Origin: a virus
Lineage: Duplodnaviria > Caudoviricetes
Strand: one strand, 5' to 3'
IMG/VR virus record: IMGVR_UViG_3300028364_000013
Length of the DNA: 64,000 nt
Under the pieces are notes generated by a model. That model saw only the letters and a program-made list of their open reading frames with translations, ran no database searches and was not told the DNA's origin. The translations under genes were made by a program, and so were the position numbers. The first letter of the stretch is position 1, and each line of letters opens with the position of its first letter. This document shows, piece by piece, positions 48,013 through 57,188 of the stretch.

Positions 48013-48734
48013 TGGGGGTCATATACAAAATATCAAATATAATAGATGACAGAGTTTATATTGGTAGTTCTGTCAACTATTCCAGGAGACATAAGGAACA
48101 TCTCAATGACCTAAATAAAGGTAAGCACCACAATGTACACCTTCAAAGGTTTTATAATAAATATGGGCACAAGTCTTTGGTGTTTGATATTATAGAAGAA
48201 TGCGATGATAAAATTATTCTTGAACGTGAACAAAAATTCTTAGATTCAGAACTACACTTATTCAATATAAGTTCAGACGCATCTGCCCCTATGACTGGAA
48301 GGAGTCATTCAAACAAGACAAGGAAACATTTTTCTAATATTAGAGTGGGTGAGGGAAATCCTATGTTTGGCAAAAAGAGAGCAAAACATGTTGTTGAAGC
48401 CATGCAAGAAAACAGATGGGCAAATGGTATGAAGAAAAAAGAAAGAGTCCTCAGAAGAATTAATAGAAAACTAAGAAAAGAAGTTATAATAGAAAAAGAC
48501 AATAAGTCAATAAGATGTCTAAGCACAGCTCATGCATCCAACATAATTGGAGTTGCCAGTACAACCGTTGCAGATGCAATAAGAAGTGGGCGATTAAAAA
48601 GTAAAGGTTGGAACATTATTGTGTGTAATGACAAAAAGTATAGCGAAGAATTTGTTTTAAAGCATATTGAACTTTTTGATGGCATTTCTTTCTATCCTAA
48701 ACCTGAGTTAGTGGAGATGTTAAAGAATTTGTAA
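48012..48734 (+). CDS. GIY-YIG homing endonuclease with NUMOD3-like motifs
   Basis: GVIYKI...VYIGSS..Y.RR..EH; GRSHSNKTR, GEGNPMFGKK. Confidence 0.88.
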   Translation: MGVIYKISNIIDDRVYIGSSVNYSRRHKEHLNDLNKGKHHNVHLQRFYNKYGHKSLVFDIIEECDDKIILEREQKFLDSELHLFNISSDASAPMTGRSHSNKTRKHFSNIRVGEGNPMFGKKRAKHVVEAMQENRWANGMKKKERVLRRINRKLRKEVIIEKDNKSIRCLSTAHASNIIGVASTTVADAIRSGRLKSKGWNIIVCNDKKYSEEFVLKHIELFDGISFYPKPELVEMLKNL

Positions 48735-48747
48735 TCTATTTATAAAC

Positions 48748-48999
48748 ATGGAAGATTCTAAACTTAGAAAGATTGTAAGAGAGGTGCTCAAAGAAGAAAT
48801 TGGGCCTGAAATGAGATACGTTGCTACAATGGAATTCTACGTTTGGGCTCACAGTGACTCTGAAGCTCTTGCTCAAGCAAAAGCACAAGCTACTGACTTA
48901 GAGATGAAACATGATAATCGAGCTGCAATCACTGGCATGGTTAAGCAACCACAAGGTGAACTTGGAAATACTCCAGTTGATTTAAACGAAACAAAATAA
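48748..48999 (+). CDS. Hypothetical protein
   Basis: LRKIVREVLKEE N-terminal motif. Confidence 0.75.
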   Translation: MEDSKLRKIVREVLKEEIGPEMRYVATMEFYVWAHSDSEALAQAKAQATDLEMKHDNRAAITGMVKQPQGELGNTPVDLNETK

Positions 49000-49004
49000 A
49001 AAGA

Positions 49005-49034
49005 AAAGCCTGCTAAAATTTAGCAGGCTTTTTT
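49005..49034. terminator. Bidirectional intrinsic terminator
   Basis: AAAAGCCTGCTAAAA/TTTTAGCAGGCTTTT between convergent genes. Confidence 0.85.
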
Positions 49035-49155
49035 TATAAACAAAAGTAATGCTGGCGTGTTCCGCCCGTAGCGTGGTATGGTAAGTTTTAGGCACTTACA
49101 GTTATGGCACTTGTCCATTAGCCAGTGGAACACTTTAGTCACAAACCAACATACT

Positions 49156-49359
49156 TTATATTTCAGTTATTCCTAACTTCTTTTTCATTCTTTCGTTCTC
49201 CACAATCAATCTGTTGATGTCAACTGTGTGAAACTCTAAATAACCATGACCAAATCTACAAATCATATCAACAATTTCGTCATCTGTTTTTAATTGGTAT
49301 CCACCATCTTGTTCGTCTTCTGAATCTTGAAGCTCTTGCCTAATTGTCTTCATTACCAA
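49156..49359 (-). CDS. Hypothetical protein
   Basis: ORF track. Confidence 0.7.
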   Translation of the reverse strand: MVMKTIRQELQDSEDEQDGGYQLKTDDEIVDMICRFGHGYLEFHTVDINRLIVENERMKKKLGITEI

Positions 49360-49775
49360 TCTATTTCAAATGAGTCAAAATTTTCACTCACCATCTGCTT
49401 GCAACAATTCATAAAAATTGGGTCAGCTTCAAGGTCGGCAATATATTTTTCCTCTTCCTCTTTACTTTCGAAATAATCTTTTCCTTTTGAAAACGCATAA
49501 GCTTCAAAATCCTCATAATCAAGAAAACTAACGCACCCACGCATGCTGCCAAGGTCCAATTTTTCATCACAATAAGTCCTCGCTGCACCATCAGCAATAA
49601 AATCAAGCTGCCTGGCCTTTCCACTATTTGCCCAAATTATAAACTTATCTCTGAAGTTATCAGCAGAATCCATTAACTCTTTATTTAACCCATCAAGTTC
49701 TTTTTGTCTTGTATTGATTTCGGCCTCTAAGACCTTAACTCTTTCTAATTTCTCTTCTCTTTCCATTATAAACAA
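49353..49775 (-). CDS. Hypothetical protein
   Basis: ORF track. Confidence 0.75.
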   Translation of the reverse strand: MFIMEREEKLERVKVLEAEINTRQKELDGLNKELMDSADNFRDKFIIWANSGKARQLDFIADGAARTYCDEKLDLGSMRGCVSFLDYEDFEAYAFSKGKDYFESKEEEEKYIADLEADPIFMNCCKQMVSENFDSFEIDW

Positions 49776-50395
49776 TATTTTCTTTCTAAACCTTGCGCAT
49801 CCACATACTCTCTAACAGCAGTTTCAACATGACTGGAAATCCAAATCACATCTGTATCTCTTCCTCTGGCAAACTTATCAACAATCTCTTTCTTGGTATA
49901 TTTCTGAGCCTTCTTAAGGTCTGTAACATACCCACTACTATTAAGCCCCCACCAAAGCACAGCATTTCCAACATAGTTTCTTCTATCTTGAACGTAGTAC
50001 ATTTCATCATTTGGAAGAGCTTCAATTTTCTCAATTCTTTTTCGTGCCTCTAATTCATCTTCCATTTTCCATCTCTCAACTTCCTCTCCTTCAAAGTAAA
50101 CAATGTCAGAATATTTAGCTCTCTTGGTTCTCATATCAGTAAACAACAACTCTCTACCAAGAGAGCCTGAGTCCAAGTCATATAGACCATGAGTCTTAGC
50201 TTCACCAACCGTCTTAGCATGAACAACTGGTTGATTATCAATCACATATTCATCATGACTATAATCGTTATAAAGCATGCCTTCATGATATACTTTATAA
50301 GCTTTTGTTATTAAGCTTCCATTTTTAATTTCAGTCATTATTTCTCTTATTAAAACATTTTCTACACAAAGGAATATACTCTTTCTTTTCTCCAA
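49766..50395 (-). CDS. Hypothetical protein (start probably MTEIKNG near 50338)
   Basis: YVGNAVLWWG...GYVTDL motif. Confidence 0.75.
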   Translation of the reverse strand: MEKRKSIFLCVENVLIREIMTEIKNGSLITKAYKVYHEGMLYNDYSHDEYVIDNQPVVHAKTVGEAKTHGLYDLDSGSLGRELLFTDMRTKRAKYSDIVYFEGEEVERWKMEDELEARKRIEKIEALPNDEMYYVQDRRNYVGNAVLWWGLNSSGYVTDLKKAQKYTKKEIVDKFARGRDTDVIWISSHVETAVREYVDAQGLERKYCL

Positions 50396-50900
50396 GCATT
50401 ACAACTTCTTCGCTTTCTCCAAGTCTATATGAGAAATTAGATAGGCCAGAACAGTCCATACAAATAGCCTTAACCTTTGTTACAAACTCTGCAACAGAAA
50501 GAAGACCAGCCATCGGACCGAAAGGTTGTCCAGAGTAATCCATGTCAAGCCCAGCCACAATCACCCTCTTTCCAGAGTTAGCAAGATGAGTACAAACATC
50601 AACAATGTCATCATCAAAAAATTGCACCTCATCTACTCCGATTACATCATAATCTTCTGCAAGTACAAGTATCTCATGTGATGCGTTTACCACAATCGAA
50701 CCGACTTCGTTCCTGGAGTGACTTACAACTTTGGTATCGCTGTATCTATTGTCAACTTTCGGCTTGAACACTCTGTATGGTTGTCCAGCTATTCTTACTC
50801 TATTAATTCTTCTTATTAGCTCTTCTGTCTTACCAGAGAACATTGAGCCACATACAACTTCTATGTAACCATTATTGTCATTCGATTCTAAAAACATCAA
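50331..50900 (-). CDS. tdk: Thymidine kinase
   Basis: CGSMFSGKTEELIRR, DEVQFF, GLDMDY, CMDC...CRKC. Confidence 0.95.
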   Translation of the reverse strand: MMFLESNDNNGYIEVVCGSMFSGKTEELIRRINRVRIAGQPYRVFKPKVDNRYSDTKVVSHSRNEVGSIVVNASHEILVLAEDYDVIGVDEVQFFDDDIVDVCTHLANSGKRVIVAGLDMDYSGQPFGPMAGLLSVAEFVTKVKAICMDCSGLSNFSYRLGESEEVVMLGEKKEYIPLCRKCFNKRNND

Positions 50901-51223
50901 TTATCAATTTCTTTTAGTCTACTCAGATAAGAATCTGGACCAGTATCTCCACTCATATACCACTCAAGCTCCTTAGCTCTCTTAGCACATCTTCTCAAAT
51001 CCTCTACAAGACTATTTACCTCTTTTATTATTATCCCCTTTTGCTCCTCTGTAGCATCCTCAAGTCTATCTTTCTCAATCATCGGTCTTTTTCTGTCAAA
51101 ACCTGCGATAGGAGCAGACCAATCTTCATCCATATACTTTCCATCGTTAACGAATTCTCTTTCTATGTCATATGCAAGCTCTTCAACTCTAAAATGCTTA
51201 TAATCGTAATGTCCTCCACTCAT
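50897..51223 (-). CDS. Hypothetical protein
   Basis: MSGGHYDY...EW..SGD motif. Confidence 0.8.
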   Translation of the reverse strand: MSGGHYDYKHFRVEELAYDIEREFVNDGKYMDEDWSAPIAGFDRKRPMIEKDRLEDATEEQKGIIIKEVNSLVEDLRRCAKRAKELEWYMSGDTGPDSYLSRLKEIDN

Positions 51224-51238
51224 ATTTTCTATTTTTAA

Positions 51239-51880
51239 TTAATCCCACCAAGATTCGATGTGAATCTCAATTATTTTGAATAATAACTCTCTTGCTTTAT
51301 CATGCCTGAGTTGACCCATAGTTCTCGATACAAGACTTCTATCTGTATGGTCTACGTTGTATCTGTGTTGATTTTTCTTGATGTAATCAATAGCTCTATT
51401 GTGCCAGATTGGATACTTTTCAAAATACCCATCAAGATTATCTTCAAGTGTGTCTATGTGTATTTCAGATGTATCTGTGCCTTTAATCGGCTCAAATCTC
51501 ATCTCTGTTTTTTGATAGTCGAAATATTCTATATCATATGAATTATCTCCTGTTAATTTATCAATAAGGTCAACGCAAGTTTGCATCCAGAAAACATCAT
51601 ACTTATAATTAACACTTCTTTCGTGCTTATCAATGTATTTTAAAGTATTTTCTAACTTAAACTTTAAAGCAGTGTATATGAATCTATAATCCCAGTCTCT
51701 ATCATTCCAAGCAATCTTTCTCCACTTCAAAAGCGATGGCACTCCTGCTTTAACATTATACCAAATTTTTCCTATCCATGTGTATTTATACCACCTGAAC
51801 CATCTATAGCTTAAAGATGGCTTCCATTTTTTAAATTTCTCAACTTTATCTTCTGATATGTTTAACTTCTTTGCTTTCAT
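51239..51880 (-). CDS. Hypothetical protein
   Basis: 213 aa. Confidence 0.8.
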   Translation of the reverse strand: MKAKKLNISEDKVEKFKKWKPSLSYRWFRWYKYTWIGKIWYNVKAGVPSLLKWRKIAWNDRDWDYRFIYTALKFKLENTLKYIDKHERSVNYKYDVFWMQTCVDLIDKLTGDNSYDIEYFDYQKTEMRFEPIKGTDTSEIHIDTLEDNLDGYFEKYPIWHNRAIDYIKKNQHRYNVDHTDRSLVSRTMGQLRHDKARELLFKIIEIHIESWWD

Positions 51881-52191
51881 AATCTAAAATGGTTATCCTT
51901 AGCAAAGTTTAAAAAATATTGCTTAAGGTTTTTAACTGCAATTTCATAGTCTGGCTTATCGAAGTCTGCGCCAAACCTTTGGTGGTTAGCTTCCTCTTCT
52001 TCTATTTGCTTAATGCCTATGAACAAATCTCTAACAAGCTCTGTTAGCTTATCTTCGAAACTAAACTGCTTTGATTGTGTTGTCTCAATAACTTGACCCT
52101 CCAATTCTCTGCAGTAATCAATCAACTCTTTAACCTCCACGTCTTCCATTAGATTGGGGTTGTTTTTAAATATTTGATTTATTGATTTCAT
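51877..52191 (-). CDS. Hypothetical protein
   Basis: Host-type promoter directly upstream. Confidence 0.8.
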   Translation of the reverse strand: MKSINQIFKNNPNLMEDVEVKELIDYCRELEGQVIETTQSKQFSFEDKLTELVRDLFIGIKQIEEEEANHQRFGADFDKPDYEIAVKNLKQYFLNFAKDNHFRL

Positions 52192-52402
52192 CTATGCAAA
52201 TTTAGGCCAAAAAACATTTATAAACAAAAAAACTTAACGATTATGTTAAGTTTTTTAAATTTTCTTCTAAAGATTTTATCTTATCTAAAATGTCATGCCT
52301 CTTGTACCCTGGCTTGTTTGGATGTTCTATGTGCTCCTTCAGAATTTCAATCTGGCCTTGGATGAGTCTCTTTTTATTCTGTGACTCAATTGTTACCAGC
52401 AT

Positions 52403-52651
52403 TTATTTTACCACTGGACTGCTCTCTTTTGCTGTTTTGGCTTGACGAAACATTATCTCTTTGATTTTATCAGAACCACGTTCTTCATAAATCATAACAG
52501 AATCAGGAAGTCCAAAAATAGCTCCCATCTTATTTCTCAGCTTCGCCTCAATGGTTTCATTGTGACATGCCCAGTTTTCTTCTGTCTCTTCCATGTTACC
52601 AACTTTCTTCAACATAAATACCAGCCCACTGCTTATCTTCAGAAATATCAA
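52403..52651 (-). CDS. Hypothetical protein (start probably MEETEEN)
   Basis: ORF track. Confidence 0.6.
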   Translation of the reverse strand: MIFLKISSGLVFMLKKVGNMEETEENWACHNETIEAKLRNKMGAIFGLPDSVMIYEERGSDKIKEIMFRQAKTAKESSPVVK

Positions 52652-52919
52652 TCCTTACTGGATGGCCTATTCCTGATTTTAACCTATCTCTAAGCGCATC
52701 TATGTGTCTTCCAGCTTTGCCAATAAGAAGCCCAGGTCTCTCAAGAGTTATAGTTAAAACATGCTCTTCTTTACCAAGCTTCAAAGAAACATCAGTAATT
52801 AAAAGTGCATGTCTTGTTGTTCCAAGTTCTTCAAAGTGCCAAGCCATTGACCACTTTATTTTCTTCAATATTTCATCTTTCTCTTTGGCAATTGCCAAAC
52901 CTTCTAAAACTTCAATCAT
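52596..52919 (-). CDS. Stand-alone type II KH-domain protein resembling the ribosomal protein S3 N-domain
   Basis: ITLERPGLLIGKAGRHIDALRDRL (RPG.IG..G KH loop). Confidence 0.7.
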   Translation of the reverse strand: MIEVLEGLAIAKEKDEILKKIKWSMAWHFEELGTTRHALLITDVSLKLGKEEHVLTITLERPGLLIGKAGRHIDALRDRLKSGIGHPVRIDISEDKQWAGIYVEESW

Positions 52920-53257
52920 CTTATTTGTTTTTGTGGCGTTTTAATTTCAATCCAACCCTCTCCAGTATAACTTCCTGGAGCTTCAAGTCCAAGCTTCATT
53001 GTTACAAAAGTAAAGTCTCCATAAGTTTCTTTTACATTTTCAAATGTAATATCCTCTTCTTTAAGTGAATATTCACAAAAATCAGAATCCCACATAGATT
53101 CTATGAAACCTTTCATGATTTCTTTGTTTGCTTCTTCATCAGAAAAGTCAACATATCCAACTCTAAACCTAATTGTATGAGGAAGATACTTTTCTGCAAG
53201 CATGTATCCGTATTTTAGCTGAGCAATTCCACTCATCCTTGCAGGCTTTATAGGCAT
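52916..53257 (-). CDS. Hypothetical protein
   Basis: ORF track. Confidence 0.7.
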   Translation of the reverse strand: MPIKPARMSGIAQLKYGYMLAEKYLPHTIRFRVGYVDFSDEEANKEIMKGFIESMWDSDFCEYSLKEEDITFENVKETYGDFTFVTMKLGLEAPGSYTGEGWIEIKTPQKQIR

Positions 53258-53495
53258 CTTGTTCTATTCTTAACCTTTCTACAGGCTTCATGCCTGGCTT
53301 CATTTTTGAGTATTTTTCTTCACTCACTTTTGAATGCCACAGGTCAGAAAGCCTCCTTTTCTCTTGAGCTTCACCCCAAGTTACTTGAATTACATTTCTG
53401 GTCCAAGCATTGTGGCTAAGACTCGGCATCTTTGTGTGCATGATGTACTCAGCCAAAAACTCTCCAAGACTATGTAAGTGTGTGTTTTTCATCAA
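53169..53495 (-). CDS. Hypothetical protein
   Basis: ORF track; overlaps the next ORF. Confidence 0.55.
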   Translation of the reverse strand: MMKNTHLHSLGEFLAEYIMHTKMPSLSHNAWTRNVIQVTWGEAQEKRRLSDLWHSKVSEEKYSKMKPGMKPVERLRIEQDAYKACKDEWNCSAKIRIHACRKVSSSYN

Positions 53496-54065
53496 TTAAA
53501 ATAATTTAGTGTTCTTAAAATGATAAATTCTTTGGTGATTATACTTTGCAACTTCAGAGTCAAGAACATAATCTTCCTTAACAATTGTTTTAAGCTCCGC
53601 AGTGCTCTTATGTAAGTAGTTTCTTACAACTCTTGCAAATCTATTGTTAGACTCGTCAATCTCGTCCTGAGTAGCCTTAACGTTAAACATATCTGCTTCG
53701 TCCATCTCAGAAATAAACATACCAGTAGAAAACCCAGAAAGCTTGTACTTCTTCACAAACTTGTCAGCATTACACCAGATGTAAACATTTTCCTCTTTCT
53801 CTCTTAGCAAATATACCAGAGTAGAATCAATAATAGGAGTGATGTGCATTGGATAACCATTGCTGTACTTAACAAATCCCATTCCATGCTCAGTACCATG
53901 ACCAAGCATAATAATCCTATCAGCTTCCTTCATAAGAATCTTCAACTTGCTCTTACCAATTGGTTGGCGAATGACAGTTGCATTTATGTCACGATAAATC
54001 GTGCTCAGCATTTCTGTCGTTGGGTCGGCAGGATGTATTACTAATATGTTCTTATGATTGTTCAT
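53496..54065 (-). CDS. Hypothetical protein
   Basis: LVIHPADPTT...MLGHG...IWCNAD...GMFISE motifs. Confidence 0.8.
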   Translation of the reverse strand: MNNHKNILVIHPADPTTEMLSTIYRDINATVIRQPIGKSKLKILMKEADRIIMLGHGTEHGMGFVKYSNGYPMHITPIIDSTLVYLLREKEENVYIWCNADKFVKKYKLSGFSTGMFISEMDEADMFNVKATQDEIDESNNRFARVVRNYLHKSTAELKTIVKEDYVLDSEVAKYNHQRIYHFKNTKLF

Positions 54066-54295
54066 TATGATATATGTTCAAAAAATTCTATTCCACTTAT
54101 AATGTATCCATCTCCATGGTCACTACTTTTATTGTTGTAATGCTGTTCAATTTTTTTTTCTGCATCATCTTCTGTTGCAGCCTCAACAGTATGATTTCTA
54201 ACTCCTTTTTTAACTTCATGGTCCATATATGGATGGAAGTCGTAATGTACTTTAGCTATGAATAACATAATCTTATAATTTAGCTGCCATCTCAA
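54065..54295 (-). CDS. Hypothetical protein
   Basis: ORF track. Confidence 0.65.
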   Translation of the reverse strand: MRWQLNYKIMLFIAKVHYDFHPYMDHEVKKGVRNHTVEAATEDDAEKKIEQHYNNKSSDHGDGYIISGIEFFEHIS

Positions 54296-54980
54296 GCAGT
54301 TGTGTTTTCATGTATGATTTAATATTGCCTCCAACTTTTTCAAGAGACCCAGTAAGTTTGTTAATCATCATATCAACATCCCCATCAGTATCAAGCTTCT
54401 CGGCTAAGCTCAACAAAGAAACACTCTCTGTAACAAGAAATGGCTTAAGAAGTGAATCAATAGCCTTTTTAATGTCTTCAACATTTCTCTTGCATTTAAC
54501 AGAAACCCAGCTCCATTCACCTGTCCACAAGTTAACAGAAACTTCTTCAGCATTTCCATCATCTCCAAAACCTGCTTCAAGGCCCCAGAGAGTCATTTGA
54601 ATATCTGTTGAGCGATACCCATAGATATTCTTTTTGTTTAATGTATATACATCACTAAGCCCTTGTTTGCTAATTCCAATTGAATCCAGGTAATCATGGA
54701 TAATAAGCTCCTCAGTTAAACCTTGTCTGTATGTGGGAACGAAATACTCTGCAGCATAAGAAAGATTTGCAACGTGTTGCTCAATCTGAGATTCTAACAC
54801 CTGCATATCATTTGTTGGCTTGAAGCCTTCTACAAAGTAATAACCACCTGTAGTGTGCTTTTTGATATGCCAGATATATTTATCTACCATCCTCATTCCA
54901 CGCTCGGTCTTAGACCAAAGTTGAATGTGGTTATCGTGCTTGTAAACTTTGTATTTCTCTTTTAAATCCTTTAGTCTCAT
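54273..54980 (-). CDS. Hypothetical protein
   Basis: 235 aa. Confidence 0.8.
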   Translation of the reverse strand: MRLKDLKEKYKVYKHDNHIQLWSKTERGMRMVDKYIWHIKKHTTGGYYFVEGFKPTNDMQVLESQIEQHVANLSYAAEYFVPTYRQGLTEELIIHDYLDSIGISKQGLSDVYTLNKKNIYGYRSTDIQMTLWGLEAGFGDDGNAEEVSVNLWTGEWSWVSVKCKRNVEDIKKAIDSLLKPFLVTESVSLLSLAEKLDTDGDVDMMINKLTGSLEKVGGNIKSYMKTQLLEMAAKL

Positions 54981-54986
54981 ATAGCT

Positions 54987-55265
54987 TTATAAAATATATT
55001 CAATCTCACTAACTTCATCATACCCTTTTGGTACATCAGTTCTATCTTTAAGTGACACTTCAACAAAAGTAATACCCTTAACTCTCTGTCCACCATACTT
55101 GTGAACATGAATCTCATCATCTTTGATGTGAGGGAAATCTTTCTTAAGAGTTTCAACCATCTCATTGATGTGAGAAAGATTTGAACTATAATGATTAGCG
55201 TGGATTTGAGCCTTTGCTAATTGCACCCCATTCGAGGGTTTGAATAATTTTGTAATTTCTGCCAT
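54987..55265 (-). CDS. Hypothetical protein
   Basis: After class B promoter 55272. Confidence 0.8.
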   Translation of the reverse strand: MAEITKLFKPSNGVQLAKAQIHANHYSSNLSHINEMVETLKKDFPHIKDDEIHVHKYGGQRVKGITFVEVSLKDRTDVPKGYDEVSEIEYIL

Positions 55266-55317
55266 AGTTTCTTATACGAAAAAAAACCCCAGATGTTCTA
55301 TCTGAGGTTTAGTTTTT

Positions 55318-55749
55318 TTATTTAGTGCTTTTGAAGTCGAATTCAAGAAATCGTTTTGGCAATCTTTTTAGCAATAGACCATCAAGTTTTCTGTTGTATG
55401 CATCTTCAGGATATACTTTGAATCTGTAGTCTCTCGGTCTCTTTCTCCTCGCATTAGTATCAGGAGATGAAATCCAGAAATCACACTTAAATGTTTTTAT
55501 GATAGTTCTGTAGGTTCCAGTTGGCCTTCTGTAGTATGGAAACTTATCCATAGAATTGGTATGATACAAATTCATTACTGACCAGCACTTCCATCCTTTT
55601 TCCTTAATGTACTTTTCTATATCTCCATAAAACCCTTTTAATAAAAAGTTTCCTTTCGATGTATAAGTCCAAGCAAGGCACCACGCACCTCCAGACCAAT
55701 CTGGTTTTCCTGATGGAGTCACTTCAATGACTGGGAATTCATTTTCCAT
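55318..55749 (-). CDS. Hypothetical basic protein
   Basis: Downstream of the structured leader. Confidence 0.8.
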   Translation of the reverse strand: MENEFPVIEVTPSGKPDWSGGAWCLAWTYTSKGNFLLKGFYGDIEKYIKEKGWKCWSVMNLYHTNSMDKFPYYRRPTGTYRTIIKTFKCDFWISSPDTNARRKRPRDYRFKVYPEDAYNRKLDGLLLKRLPKRFLEFDFKSTK

Positions 55750-55765
55750 ATTCTAATTTTATAAA

Positions 55766-55873
55766 AATAAAGGGCTTATGACTTGGCTTTGTGGGTGATT
55801 GAGCAATCTTATAGGCACCTCCGCCAAGTCATTAGGGTGATTGAGCATTTTGTAAGCACCTCAAGCCTTTATT
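55766..55873 (-). promoter_or_regulatory. Structured 5' leader with tandem GAGGUGC-N9/10-GCUCAAUCACCC motif
   Basis: Repeats at 55793-55821 and 55835-55862; nested stems 55778-55787/55823-55832 and 55766-55777/55863-55873. Confidence 0.6.
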
Positions 55874-55924
55874 ATTTCAAATATAATACTTTTAATTGTT
55901 ATACGCAAAACTATTCCAAATGTT

Positions 55925-56587
55925 CTAACTCTTAAGCATTTTTTTAAACGCTGCCATAGAAGTGACAGAACCCTCTTTAAGCTTGTATTTACTCTCAAGA
56001 CCTCGACACAATACATCAAATTTCTTTTCAAGTGATGCATGCTTCTTTTCCAATTTCTCTAAATCTTCCTTAGCGTTGATGTAGCCCCACTGGTATTTTC
56101 CGAATAGCATTTTCTTAATGTCGAATTTTCTCTTGTGAAGAAGAGGTGCTTGCTTTATCACCTTTGTTGAATGTACACTATCTCCTACATATATGAGACC
56201 TGCGTACTCTGGAATCTCACTCACATCAATAAGGCCATGTGGACATGCAAAGAAGAACCTGTTCGGCATCTTTACTGTTTGTGGGTTTACTTCTTTCTCT
56301 GGAGACCTTCTAATCTGCTTCTTCCATCGCTTGCTGTATCTGTACTTAGCATCTTTGGTAACAGAGTCCTGCTTTCTGCCTTCAAACAATTTGTGCTTGA
56401 ACTTCAAGAAGTCAGCAGCATAGTCAGACTTAGAAATCTTAACTTCAACTTCGTAAATATATCCTGATTTAGCAACAGAAAAAAAATCTGATTCCCAATC
56501 ACTACCAAAAATATATCTATTATGAAAATGATGGTCGTGAGTGGAAAACAGATTTCCTATTATGTCTTGTATTTCTTTGGCGTTCAT
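55925..56587 (-). CDS. PD-(D/E)xK nuclease-like (MmcB-like) protein
   Basis: WESDFFSV...YEVEVKISKSDYAAD...FFFACP...PEYAGLI. Confidence 0.7.
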   Translation of the reverse strand: MNAKEIQDIIGNLFSTHDHHFHNRYIFGSDWESDFFSVAKSGYIYEVEVKISKSDYAADFLKFKHKLFEGRKQDSVTKDAKYRYSKRWKKQIRRSPEKEVNPQTVKMPNRFFFACPHGLIDVSEIPEYAGLIYVGDSVHSTKVIKQAPLLHKRKFDIKKMLFGKYQWGYINAKEDLEKLEKKHASLEKKFDVLCRGLESKYKLKEGSVTSMAAFKKMLKS

Positions 56588-56697
56588 TATAAAATATAAA
56601 AAACGAAAATTACAATCCCAAATCTGAAGCTATTTTTTAAACAAAAAAAGGTTTTCTATATTTAGAAAACCTTTTTTGTCATTAAAGCATTTGGCTC

Positions 56698-57180
56698 TTA
56701 TGTTTTTGTTAGAAAGCTATATATTGGTTTAGTTTCATACTTATCTTCAAAATCCTTAGTAATGTGATTTAAGTAATTAGGTATTGTAGTTACTATAGGT
56801 TCACAATGAAATAATTTCTTTTTACTCTTACCTACAAGCTCAAACCATTTTTCTTTAAGTTGTCTAACCTCATATTTTTCTTCTTTAATCAAAATATTTG
56901 CATAATAAGGAGGTAAATTATCATAATGCTCTTTATACCCCGCTCTCAATAAACAATTTGAAAATTTAGAAATAGGCCCTATGACAATTATGCACTCGAA
57001 ACCTTCCAAGAACTTTTCAATCATTTCTAAAAGTTTTACTTTAGACATCATGGAACCTACTGGAACTAATAACGTTAATTCAGATGATTTATTTAATATG
57101 AAATTGTGTTCATCACAATGGTCCAATAACTCTTTGTATACTTTTTTTTTAAATATATCTTTTTTAGGATTATTATTCAT
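56698..57180 (-). CDS. Hypothetical protein
   Basis: ORF track. Confidence 0.65.
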   Translation of the reverse strand: MNNNPKKDIFKKKVYKELLDHCDEHNFILNKSSELTLLVPVGSMMSKVKLLEMIEKFLEGFECIIVIGPISKFSNCLLRAGYKEHYDNLPPYYANILIKEEKYEVRQLKEKWFELVGKSKKKLFHCEPIVTTIPNYLNHITKDFEDKYETKPIYSFLTKT

Positions 57181-57188
57181 AACTATTT

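Noticed and set aside
48012-48734. Group I intron in the amidase
   Set aside because: The amidase already has a complete C-terminus and stop before the endonuclease; no non-coding intron core space is visible.
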